Shown here: positions 10,094-18,907 of the stretch, piece after piece
Numbering within the stretch: the stretch's first letter is position 1
Layout of the letters: each line of letters begins with the position of its first letter
Source of the DNA: a bacterium
GTDB taxonomy: Bacteria; SAR324; JACQKK01
Length of the DNA: 64,000 bases
Assembly (NCBI GenBank): GCA_035266845.1
Contig: DATFMP010000103.1
Location: 42,891-106,890, forward strand
Direction of reading: 5' to 3'
Made by a program: the position numbers and the translations under genes
The notes under the pieces: model-generated
Database searches by the model: none
What the model was told of the DNA's origin: nothing
What the model saw: the letters and a program-made list of their open reading frames with translations, nothing else

Positions 10094-10845
10094 GCCCGCC
10101 CCGCACGGGTCGCCGATGCTGCCGCAGTCCCGCGCTTGCTGTGGCGCTGCTGCTGGCGCTGCTGCTGGCGGGTTGCGGAGGCGACCCCGCGACTCCGGGC
10201 ATCATGGGCAACCGCGTCATCGGCTACGCCCCGGTGGTCGCTTCTGGCGTCACCGCGGCCCAGTGGCCCTGGTTCTTCGACGACGCGCTGGCACTGGGCC
10301 CGCCCGGCGGCACGCTGGACGTGGTCTCGCTGGGCTACGACCCCACTCAGGCGAGCGCCCTGGGCGGGTCGCTCACGCTGGGCCTGGGCACGGCCGGCGA
10401 TGCCACCGCGCGCGCCTGCGCGGTGGACGGGCCCGGCGATGACCTGGCGGTGTACGAGAATGCCTTCGTCACGACCAACCCCGCCACAAGCCTGGCGGGC
10501 ACCTACACGGAGGTGGCCACGGTGGAGGTGTCCGCCGACAACAACACGTGGTACCTGTTCCCGCCCACGGACGACACCGCAATGGACCCCGTGGACCCCG
10601 CGCGCTATGCGAATCTGGCCGGGGTGACGCCCACGGACCAGGGCGGCGACCGCTTCGACCTGGCGGCGCTGATCGCGGCGCACGGACTGCCGGCGGACTT
10701 CCGGGCCTGCTACGTGCGGCTCACGGACGGTGGCACGCTCTACCCGGACTACGGCAACTCGCAGAGCGACCTGTACGATTCGGGCGCGGACATCGACGCC
10801 GTGGAGGCGCTCAACTCCGTGGACGCGCCGGGGCTGACGCCCTGA
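10090..10845 (+). CDS. lipoprotein of unknown function
   Basis: ATGA start/stop overlap with the previous gene. Lipobox LLAGC|GGD. Confidence 0.65.
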   Translation: MSPPRTGRRCCRSPALAVALLLALLLAGCGGDPATPGIMGNRVIGYAPVVASGVTAAQWPWFFDDALALGPPGGTLDVVSLGYDPTQASALGGSLTLGLGTAGDATARACAVDGPGDDLAVYENAFVTTNPATSLAGTYTEVATVEVSADNNTWYLFPPTDDTAMDPVDPARYANLAGVTPTDQGGDRFDLAALIAAHGLPADFRACYVRLTDGGTLYPDYGNSQSDLYDSGADIDAVEALNSVDAPGLTP

Positions 10846-11032
10846 CGGACCGCGCCCCGGGCTGCATCCGGCGGCGGCGGTTGCATCCGCGGCCCATTCC
10901 GCTTACGTAATGCGTGTGAGCAACTGCGGTGCCCGGCGTGCGGCGGGAATCTTGCACGCTTCGCCGCAGAGCCGGTCGGCAGGCCCCAGGCCTCCCGGCG
11001 ACGGCCCGCAACGCATCGCACCGGTGATCTCC

Positions 11033-11470
11033 ATGCTCGGCAGACCGCAATCGGCGCTGGGACGCGCCCTCCTGCTTCTGGCGGCCCTGTGGCTGATGGG
11101 CCTGGGCGGCGGCACGGAGGGTGGCGCGGGTTCCAGCATCCCCATCCCGCAGCAGAACTTCACGGTGACGGTCGCGGACCGCTCCGGGCAGTCCCTGGAG
11201 GCCAAGCGCTTCACCTGGGAAGGCAAGGTGGAGTTCCGCGGCCAGATCGGCAACGCCACGGTGAGCCTGCCCTTCAGCAAGGTGAAGTCCGTGCGCGTGC
11301 AGCCGGTCAACGGCGACAAAACGCCGGGCACGGTGAAGGCCACCGTCACGCTGCGCAGCGGTGAATCGGTGGACGTGGGGATCGACCGCACAAGCAAGTG
11401 CTATGGCGAGACGAAGTTCGGCAACTACGAGATCTTCTTCAAGGACGTGGCCAGCATCGACTTCCAGTAG
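11033..11470 (+). CDS. small secreted beta-rich protein
   Basis: Signal-like MLGRPQSALGRALLLLAALWLMGLGGG, then alternating beta-strand pattern. No family recognised. Confidence 0.5.
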   Translation: MLGRPQSALGRALLLLAALWLMGLGGGTEGGAGSSIPIPQQNFTVTVADRSGQSLEAKRFTWEGKVEFRGQIGNATVSLPFSKVKSVRVQPVNGDKTPGTVKATVTLRSGESVDVGIDRTSKCYGETKFGNYEIFFKDVASIDFQ

Positions 11471-11635
11471 CCCCGCCCCCGGTGAGGACACCCGGGCCAC
11501 GGCACCGGTCCGCGCCCGCTTGTGCTCCCCACCGCACTTCGCCTATAGTATTGGATTGCAGGGCCGCCATTGCCGCTGCCGGGCGCAGGAAGCGCCGGGC
11601 GCGGTCACCTCGCGGCCGGCTCTGCCCCGGAATGT

Positions 11636-11726
11636 GGAGAGATGACCGAGCGGTTGAAGGTGCACGCCTGGAAAGCGTGTAGGTGCCAAAAGTGCCTCGA
11701 GGGTTCGAATCCCTCTCTCTCCGCCA
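11636..11726 (+). tRNA. tRNA-Ser (anticodon GGA), CCA encoded
   Basis: Acceptor GGAGAGA/TCTCTCC. Anticodon stem CACGC/GCGTG with loop CTGGAAA. Long variable arm. T-loop GGTTCGAATCC. Confidence 0.9.
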
Positions 11727-11785
11727 CTTCCCCCCGCCAGACTCCCAGATTCGAACGCAAAGACGGCTAAGGGCCGTCGCTGCCC

Positions 11786-12742
11786 CTACTGCTGCCCGGT
11801 CGGCGGCTGCAGCAGCACGGGCTTGAGGTGCTGCGTGAAGAAGGCGGTGAGGCCTGCGCGGTTGAGGTGGTCTGTATCGAAGAAGTGGCCCGGGTCGGTG
11901 GGCACCTGCGAGAAGTCGCGGAAGGGCACATCCCGCTCGGCCAGCAGATGTGCCACGGATTGGTCGAACCTATCCTCGTTGGGCATGAGCTGACGGAACC
12001 GGGCCGGCACGGGCGTCTTGATGACGACCAGCCCCACCCCGCGGGCTCGCACAAAGTCCACGAACGCCGCGAAGTCGCCCAGGTAGCGTGCGAAGGTGCG
12101 GGCGTCCTCCGCGCCGTCCGGGAAGAGATAGTCGATGCGCTTGCGGTCCGCACTGGCCGAGGGACGGTGTACGCGCTCGAACTGCGCCTCGCCCTCCCAG
12201 ATGTCCCGCTGCAGGCGCTCGCGGTTGTTGATCTTGGAGAAGCCCGTCACGTAGTCGAGCAGCGCGCGGGGATCGATACCCTGGCGCAGGGTATAGGCCA
12301 GCAGGCGCTTGGCCACGGCGGCGTCCAGGGGCGTCCGCCGCAGCAGCTTGGCGTCCGCGAAGCGCTCCTCGTTCCAGGCGCGGGAGTGGAACGCGAACGA
12401 ATCGACCACGTAGAGCACGGCGGCGGTCTGGTGGTCTTCCAGGAAGCGCTCCAGCACGAAGCGGTTGTAGATCACGCCGGTACCGGGCGTGGCCAGGTTC
12501 AGGATGCGCCGCCCGGTTTCGCGCTCCATGTAGGCGTTGAAGTCCGCGAAGTCGAAGGGCATCGCGTGGGAGGCGCCCAGGATCACCCAGTCGTAGCGCC
12601 GCTCGGGGGCGGTCACGATCTTGTAGACCGGATTGGTGTCGCCCGTGCGGTACAGCAGGCTCTCCGCGGCCGCGTACAGCCCCGCGTAGAGCACGAGGCC
12701 GATGGCCACGAACAGCAGCGCGGGCTTGGCGAGATGTTTCAT
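11786..12742 (-). CDS. DltD/SGNH-like O-acyltransferase partner protein (N-terminal membrane anchor)
   Basis: Single N-terminal TM segment. ILGASHA near the N-terminus and FDTDHLN near the C-terminus (Ser...Asp-x-x-His arrangement). Sits immediately downstream of the MBOAT gene. Confidence 0.6.
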   Translation of the reverse strand: MKHLAKPALLFVAIGLVLYAGLYAAAESLLYRTGDTNPVYKIVTAPERRYDWVILGASHAMPFDFADFNAYMERETGRRILNLATPGTGVIYNRFVLERFLEDHQTAAVLYVVDSFAFHSRAWNEERFADAKLLRRTPLDAAVAKRLLAYTLRQGIDPRALLDYVTGFSKINNRERLQRDIWEGEAQFERVHRPSASADRKRIDYLFPDGAEDARTFARYLGDFAAFVDFVRARGVGLVVIKTPVPARFRQLMPNEDRFDQSVAHLLAERDVPFRDFSQVPTDPGHFFDTDHLNRAGLTAFFTQHLKPVLLQPPTGQQ

Positions 12743-12800
12743 GGCTGCCTCGTGCCGCAGCGCACCCGCGCATGGCAGGCGCGCAGCGGCGTGGCTCCGC

Positions 12801-14273
12801 TCAGAACTGCATGTAGATGAACTCGCGCGCCTGCCAGCGGCCCAGGATCAGCAGGGCCGCCAGCACCGCGTAGTACGCGGCCCAGCGCACGGCCACCGGC
12901 ATGGCGGCCAAGCGCTCCCACAACGGCCGGCGCTCGTCCAGCACCTCCACCGCCATCAGCAGCGCGATCAGGCACACGGCCTGGAGGTGCGCCACCGTGA
13001 ACGGATAGCGTGTGATCATCGCCGGCATGTGGCCCAAGCCGGTGGCGATGCGCCGCAGCACCAGCAACGCCTGGCTCACCGAGTCCGCGCGGAAGAATAC
13101 CCACGCCACCAGCACCAGGTGGAACGTGAGCAGCACCCGCAGCACCGCCAACACGGGACTGGCCTGCACGCGCGGCATCAGGCCGCCCAGCCGGCGCCAG
13201 AGGGGCGCCGTGGCCAGCCCGACCCACTGGTAGAAGCCGTTCAGGGCGCCCCACACGAGGAACGTCCAGCCCACGCCATAGCCCAGGCCTGCATGCCAAA
13301 GGCCGCTCACGGCAAACACCAGCATCACGTTGGCATAGCGACGCACCTGCCCGGCGCGGCTGCCGCCCAGCGGAATGTACAGGTAGTCGCGGAACCAGTG
13401 CGCCAGCGAGATGTGCCAGCGGTTGCCCCAGAACTCCGCGGTGCTGCGCGAGAGATAGGGCCGGCGGAAGTTCTCCATCAGCTCGATGCCGAACAGGCGC
13501 GAGACCCCGATGGCGATGTCCGTGTAGCCGGAGAAGTCGCAGTAGATCTGGAACGCGAAGAAGTAGGCGCCCAACACCAGCTCCACCGGCGAGATGTAGG
13601 CCGCCAGGTGGAAGCTGCGGTCCACCATGGGCGCCAGATTGTCCGCAATGACGACCTTCTTGAACAGCCCCCACACGATGAGCTGCAGCCCCGCGACGAA
13701 GCGCTCCGGCTCCACGCGCAGCCCCGTGCGCAACTGCGGCAGAAAGCTGGTCGCCCGCTCGATGGGCCCCGCGAAGATCTTGGGGAAGAACGCGACGTAC
13801 AGCGCCAGCTTGCCGGCGTGCCGCTCCGTCGGCAGGCGGCCCGCGTACACGTCCACCAGGTAGCTGACCGCCGAAAAGGCGTAGAACGAAAGCCCGGCGG
13901 GGTTACGCAGGCCCAGCCGCGGCAGGGTCAGGCCCGGCTGCAGGCCCAGCGCCGCCACGCTGAAGCGCTCCAGCTCACCGGCGAGGAAGTCGTAGAACTT
14001 GAATGTGACCAGCAGCCCCAGCACGGCCACCAGCCCCACCACCAGCAACACCCGGCGCAGCCGCGGGCGGTCGGGGAGACCCATGCCCCAGCCGCAACCG
14101 AACACGAGCAGGGTCACCGCGCCCAGGTAGACGGCGTTGACCGGCACCCAGGCCGCATAGAACAGGTAGCTGGCCAACAGCAGCCACGCCCAGCGGTAGC
14201 GCACGGGCAGCAACGCGTGCAGCACCACCGCCAGCGGGAGCAGCGCCAGGAAGCTGAACGAGGTGAACAGCAT
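12801..14273 (-). CDS. MBOAT family membrane O-acyltransferase (AlgI/DltB-like)
   Basis: Polytopic protein. FWGNRWHISLAHWFRDYLYIPLGG contains the conserved MBOAT His region. Confidence 0.85.
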   Translation of the reverse strand: MLFTSFSFLALLPLAVVLHALLPVRYRWAWLLLASYLFYAAWVPVNAVYLGAVTLLVFGCGWGMGLPDRPRLRRVLLVVGLVAVLGLLVTFKFYDFLAGELERFSVAALGLQPGLTLPRLGLRNPAGLSFYAFSAVSYLVDVYAGRLPTERHAGKLALYVAFFPKIFAGPIERATSFLPQLRTGLRVEPERFVAGLQLIVWGLFKKVVIADNLAPMVDRSFHLAAYISPVELVLGAYFFAFQIYCDFSGYTDIAIGVSRLFGIELMENFRRPYLSRSTAEFWGNRWHISLAHWFRDYLYIPLGGSRAGQVRRYANVMLVFAVSGLWHAGLGYGVGWTFLVWGALNGFYQWVGLATAPLWRRLGGLMPRVQASPVLAVLRVLLTFHLVLVAWVFFRADSVSQALLVLRRIATGLGHMPAMITRYPFTVAHLQAVCLIALLMAVEVLDERRPLWERLAAMPVAVRWAAYYAVLAALLILGRWQAREFIYMQF

Positions 14274-14319
14274 GGGGCCCGCCCCGTCAATGCTCTGTCA
14301 AGTCAGGCCGCGCGGGCGA

Positions 14320-14922
14320 TCAGTACGATGCGCCGCCGGCGCGGAGTTCCTCAGGTACCAGGTCTGCCGGAATCCCGGCATTGATCACCAAGTAGCTGGC
14401 CAGGGCCTCGCGCTGTGGCTCCGAGAGCTCGATCTCGATGTGACTGGGCTTGTGCATCGTGCCCAGCCAAGCCGTTTTGGTGCGGGCCTGGGTCACGACC
14501 ACGGTGATGATGTGGCAGAATTGGCAGTTGTTCATCGCCAGGTCGCGCCCGTCCTGCGGCAGCACCTTGCCCCAGTCCGCCTTGGCCAGTTCCGCCGGCA
14601 CCTTGCCCACCGGCAGCGGCATGTTGAACGACAGGTAGTCCGCCAGCGTCAGCAGTTCCTTGTCGCTCAGCGCCTTTAGTGCCGGAAGGGCCCCGGTGCG
14701 TGCCTTCAGGTAGCCCAGCCACTCCTCGCGGGTGTGCTTGCCCGTCAGCAGCGCGCGCACCTCCTGCGCCGGCGGGCGGCTCTGCACCACCTGCGTCAGC
14801 AGCGTCCTGCCCCCGGAGGGGATGAAGGCGAACACGTCCTCCGATTCCGCGGCCTGCGGCTGGCCCAGCGCGCCGACGAGCAGCAGCGCGGCCAGGCAGG
14901 CCCACATGCGCATGGTCTTCAT
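14320..14922 (-). CDS. periplasmic monohaem c-type cytochrome (paralog 2)
   Basis: Signal MKTMRMWACLAALLLVGALGQPQAAE. One CQFCH haem motif. Alignable along its length to the 15054-15617 product. Confidence 0.7.
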   Translation of the reverse strand: MKTMRMWACLAALLLVGALGQPQAAESEDVFAFIPSGGRTLLTQVVQSRPPAQEVRALLTGKHTREEWLGYLKARTGALPALKALSDKELLTLADYLSFNMPLPVGKVPAELAKADWGKVLPQDGRDLAMNNCQFCHIITVVVTQARTKTAWLGTMHKPSHIEIELSEPQREALASYLVINAGIPADLVPEELRAGGASY

Positions 14923-15053
14923 GGCTCTCTCTTCCACACAGGTGCCGCGGCCACACGGCGGCCTCCGCGCGCGCCCCTGGCGCGGAGCAGCGAATCGTGC
15001 GGCGGCGGGCACGGCACGCTGCGCGGCGTGTTGGGCGCCGGCCGGGCTGCGAA

Positions 15054-15617
15054 TCAGAAGCGCAGCTCCGGCGGCACGTCGTCGATCTTCATGGGCATGT
15101 TGATGGCCGAGTAGCGGCTGAACGTCTCCCGCTCCTGCTCGGTCATCGTGATCTCGCGATGGAAGGGCGTCTGGAACTCGGCCTGCCATGCCGCCAAGTC
15201 GCGATCCTGCGTCAGGTATCCGGTGAACAGGGAGTGGCAGAACTGGCACTGGTTCCAGGCCAGCTCGCGCCCGTCCGGCGGCAGGGCATCGCCGATCTTG
15301 CCGGCCTTCCCGGCCGCTTCCAGCACACCTTCCGCCAGCGGCATGTTCACCGCCAGATAAGCGGCCAGCGTGCGCAGCTCCTTATCGCTCAGCGCGGCTT
15401 TGTGGGCGGCCAGCGCCCCGCTCCACTCCTCCTCGGTGTGCTTGGTGGCGGCAATACGGCTCAGCTCCGCCATGTCCGGCGGGCTGCCCAGCACCTGCAG
15501 CAGCAGCGTCTTGCCGCCCTTGGGCATAAACTCGTAGCCTTCCTGCCCCCACGCCGGCAACGCCAGCACCAGGGCGAAGCACACCATCACCGGCACCCAG
15601 CGCCCCTTGCCTCTCAT
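15054..15617 (-). CDS. periplasmic monohaem c-type cytochrome (paralog 1)
   Basis: SD AGGAG. Signal MRGKGRWVPVMVCFALVLALPAWG. One CQFCH motif. Confidence 0.7.
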   Translation of the reverse strand: MRGKGRWVPVMVCFALVLALPAWGQEGYEFMPKGGKTLLLQVLGSPPDMAELSRIAATKHTEEEWSGALAAHKAALSDKELRTLAAYLAVNMPLAEGVLEAAGKAGKIGDALPPDGRELAWNQCQFCHSLFTGYLTQDRDLAAWQAEFQTPFHREITMTEQERETFSRYSAINMPMKIDDVPPELRF

Positions 15618-15637
15618 GGCTCCTCTCGTGCGTCTCG

Positions 15638-15913
15638 TCAGCGTCGCAGGCCGGCATCCAGCGAGAACACCGGCACCCGCAGCTCGGCCTGGGCCCGCTC
15701 GGGCGGGAAGCCCTCGCCCCGCAGCAGGTCGATCCGGGCCACGGTGGAATCGTCGTAGTACTGCTCCTGACAGCGCTCGCAGACCAGCGCGGGAATGTCC
15801 TCGATGACGACCAGCCGGTCGTCGTGCCAGAAGGCCGAGCGCACCCGCTCCTCGCGGAGTGCCCCTTCGCCGCACTGCTCGCAGGTTTGCGCAACAGACT
15901 CGTTCGGCTCCAT
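15638..15913 (-). CDS. YgiT-type zinc-finger protein (MqsA N-terminal-like)
   Basis: CEQCG...x26...CERC pair of CxxC knuckles in a 91-aa protein. Confidence 0.6.
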   Translation of the reverse strand: MEPNESVAQTCEQCGEGALREERVRSAFWHDDRLVVIEDIPALVCERCQEQYYDDSTVARIDLLRGEGFPPERAQAELRVPVFSLDAGLRR

Positions 15914-16092
15914 TGCCCCTCACGCTCCACGTCATGGATTGGAATGCATCGCCGGACGGCCGCGCATACCAAACCCTGCATTGCGCGCCACCGGCGATTG
16001 CCCGGCGAGGCACCGGAAGCCCGGCGCCCCACCGGCAAAACCGGCACGGGCCGAAGCCCGCACCGGCACCGGCTCTCCTGGGCGGTTGCCCG

Positions 16093-17064
16093 TCAGGCGA
16101 GCAGCTTCTTGGCCGCGGCCACCACGTGATCCGCGTTGGGCCGCATCCACAGGAACATCTCCGGCGAGGCCGGGGGCGGCGCATCGGGGAAGGCGATCCG
16201 CTTGAAGCGCGCGCCTTCCACGTTTTCCGCCACCCGCGCGATCACTTCCGCGCCGGGGCACAGGGTGTAGTAGGACTGGTCCACCGTGAGCAGGCGCTTG
16301 GTCTTCTGCACGGACTTGACCAGCGTCTCGGTGTCCATGGGTTTGAGCGACCGCAGGTCGATCGCCTCCACCTTGGCGCCCTGCTTCTGCAGCGTCTCGG
16401 TGGCCTTGAGCACTTCGGGCATGCTGCCGCCCGAGCCGACGATCGTGATGTCGCTGCCCTGCGTGCGCACCGCCGCCTTGTCCAGCGGCGTCTCGAACTG
16501 CGTATCGGGCACGTCTTCCACCATGTTGCGCAGCCCCGCCGGATACAGGTACACCACCGGGTCACGCGAGCGGATGGCGGAGACCATCAGGCCCTTGGCA
16601 TCCGTCGGATTGGACGGGATCACCGTGCGCAATCCGGGGATGTGGGCATAGTACGTGTCGATCTCGTAGTCCGAGTGCTGGCCGGCGAAGCCCGGCGTTT
16701 GCCCGGTCATCTCCAGGATGAACACCACGGGCATTTCCGCCTTGCCGCCGGTCATGTGGCGCAGCTTGCCGGCATGGTTCTGCAGGAGCTGAAATACCAT
16801 GCCGTTGCCTTGGTACGGGATGTAGGTCACGGCCGTCACGCCCGCCAGGCCGGAGCCCAGCACGGCGCCCGTGTACCACATCTCGTCGATGCCGGTGTTG
16901 TTCACCCGGATCCGGCCGAACTCCTTCTCCAGGTTGATCACCGGCTTGCCGGGGTTGGACGCCACAGGAGGCGTCAGTTCGAACAACCACACCATGTCCT
17001 TGCGCTGCCGCATCTCGTATTGCACGGCCTCGAGGACGGAGTACATCCAACTCTTGCGTGCCAT
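16093..17064 (-). CDS. 2-oxoacid/acetoin dehydrogenase E1 component beta subunit (transketolase-like), no signal peptide
   Basis: SD GGAGG. Pyrimidine-binding and transketolase-C type sequence (FGRIRVNNTGIDEMWYTGAVLG, IRSRDPVVYL, GSDITIVGSG). Confidence 0.85.
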   Translation of the reverse strand: MARKSWMYSVLEAVQYEMRQRKDMVWLFELTPPVASNPGKPVINLEKEFGRIRVNNTGIDEMWYTGAVLGSGLAGVTAVTYIPYQGNGMVFQLLQNHAGKLRHMTGGKAEMPVVFILEMTGQTPGFAGQHSDYEIDTYYAHIPGLRTVIPSNPTDAKGLMVSAIRSRDPVVYLYPAGLRNMVEDVPDTQFETPLDKAAVRTQGSDITIVGSGGSMPEVLKATETLQKQGAKVEAIDLRSLKPMDTETLVKSVQKTKRLLTVDQSYYTLCPGAEVIARVAENVEGARFKRIAFPDAPPPASPEMFLWMRPNADHVVAAAKKLLA

Positions 17065-17133
17065 TGAGCTACCTCCACGTCATCTGGGAAGCGTTGCGGC
17101 TGCAACAGCCAGCCGGATCGGTCGACCGATTGC

Positions 17134-18354
17134 CTACGCGAGCTGGCTGGCAGCGACGCTGCCCTCCACGAACACGTTCTTGAGGCCGTCCTCCGGCTTG
17201 CAGAGCGGCTGCTTGTCCGCCCAGGCAAAGGCCGCTCGCGCTTCCGACTTGATGGAGGCCTCGAGCTGGTCGGTCTTGGCACGGTTCATCACGCCCCAGT
17301 TGACCAGGGCGGCACGGAAGATCTCGATCGGGTCGCGAGCCATCCACGCGCGCACCTCGCGTTCCGGTCGGAACGAGGTGATCGCCAGCGGGTCGTAGCC
17401 GAAGGCGCCCAACTGCCCGGGCTTGGCGCCCGGCGCACCCCAGTGGTTGTAGTAGCGGTAGGTCTTGGCCTCGATCAGCGTAGGCCCTTCGCCCGCACGG
17501 GCGCGTGCCACGGCTTCGTGCATGGCGTTGTAGACCTGGATCACATCCTGGCCGTCCACCACCACGCCCGGAATCCCATACGGCTTCGCCGCTTCGGCGA
17601 TGTCCTTCATCGGGGTGGAGTACGAATAGTGCGCGTACTGGTGGTAAAGGTTGTTTTCCAGGATGTAGACAAACGGCAGCTTGAGCAGAGCGGCATTGTT
17701 CAGCGCGCCGTGGAAGGCCGGGGTGGCGTAGGTGCCGTCACCGCCGAACACCACGGAGACCTGCTTGCTGCCCCGTGCGCGGATGCCGAATGCCGAGCCG
17801 GCCGCGATCACCAGTCCCGGGCCGATCATCCCATCGGCACCCATGAAGCCCACGGAGGGATCGGCGATGTGCATTTCCGCCCCATAGCCGCCGTTGAGCC
17901 CGGTGGCACGGAAGTCGTACTCCGCGGCCATCTTCTTGATATCCACGCCCTTGGCGATGGCGTGCCCGGACGGACGGTGCGTGCTGTAGACATAGTCCAC
18001 CTGGTCCAGTCGACCCTTGTTGACCAGGTTGGAGCACACGCCTACCGCCACCGCCTCCTGTCCGGGATAGAAGTGGTTGTAGCCGCGATAGTTCGGCTCG
18101 GTGAGCATCTTGTCCGCCATGGTCCGCTCGAACCACCGAATGCGCAGCATGGTGCCAAACATCTCTGCCAGTTTGTCGTTGCTGAGATCCTTGGCGTAGA
18201 AGCCGATGTTGCCCTGAGCCTTGGCCAGTGAGGCGCCGAACGTGATCGCGGCGCCCGCGCCGGCCAGCCCCTTGATGAAGCCCCTCCGCGTGGTGCGCCC
18301 CATCTTGGTGCTTTGCGTACTGCCGACTGTTTCGGACTGTTTGTTGGTGCCCAT
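17134..18354 (-). CDS. TPP-dependent dehydrogenase E1 component alpha subunit with twin-arginine (Tat) signal peptide
   Basis: SD AAGGAGG lies 4 nt before the ATG. Tat signal GRTTRRGFIKGLAGAGAAITFGASLAKA. TPP motif GGDGTYATPAFHGALNNAALLKLPFVYILENN. Confidence 0.85.
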   Translation of the reverse strand: MGTNKQSETVGSTQSTKMGRTTRRGFIKGLAGAGAAITFGASLAKAQGNIGFYAKDLSNDKLAEMFGTMLRIRWFERTMADKMLTEPNYRGYNHFYPGQEAVAVGVCSNLVNKGRLDQVDYVYSTHRPSGHAIAKGVDIKKMAAEYDFRATGLNGGYGAEMHIADPSVGFMGADGMIGPGLVIAAGSAFGIRARGSKQVSVVFGGDGTYATPAFHGALNNAALLKLPFVYILENNLYHQYAHYSYSTPMKDIAEAAKPYGIPGVVVDGQDVIQVYNAMHEAVARARAGEGPTLIEAKTYRYYNHWGAPGAKPGQLGAFGYDPLAITSFRPEREVRAWMARDPIEIFRAALVNWGVMNRAKTDQLEASIKSEARAAFAWADKQPLCKPEDGLKNVFVEGSVAASQLA

Positions 18355-18907
18355 ATGCCCTCCTTACCCCCCGACCCAAACGGCGCATTTGATTCACCAC
18401 CGTGGCCCGTCTCTGGCGGTACAGAGGCCATACCTTCAGGATACGTGCGGGGGCAGTTGCGTCCTTGATTCAAATCAAATATGGCGATTGAAGACTCATC
18501 AATCATATCCAATACGGAGCCACGGCAGGCGCAGGACGGCGAGGCATCTGCCTCGCGGAGGCCCGCCGGCAAACGCTGGGGAGGATAGGGTGCTGGACGA
18601 AACGCCGTGCGGCTGTAGTTGCGGCACACCGCTGGGGGCGGGCCTCCGGGAAACTGGGCGTCGCGGCCTACGGCGCACGAGTATGGCCGCTACGGCTGCC
18701 GTGACGAGGCCTTCACGGATCCCACTCTGAGCCTGGAGGGTGTGATCGAACGCACAGTGGGATTCGTGACGAGCGAACTGGGCCACCTGCGCGAACAGGC
18801 CACCGCGCTCTCGCGCGAGGCGATCCCCCTGCTGCGGCGCTGGCGGGCTCCCTGGCGCGGGAGCCACGCCGTACTGGCGGCGCCCCCCTGGAACGGGGGC
18901 CGCCGGC

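Noticed and set aside
11762-11778. Hairpin GACGGC-TAAGG-GCCGTC between tRNA-Ser and the convergent DltD-like gene.
   Set aside because: The stem is short (6 bp) and has no flanking U-tract. It may help termination, but the evidence is too weak to call.
15914-16092. MqsR-like toxin gene upstream of the YgiT zinc-finger ORF.
   Set aside because: The gap is only 180 nt and has no ORF with a start codon and coding-like composition.
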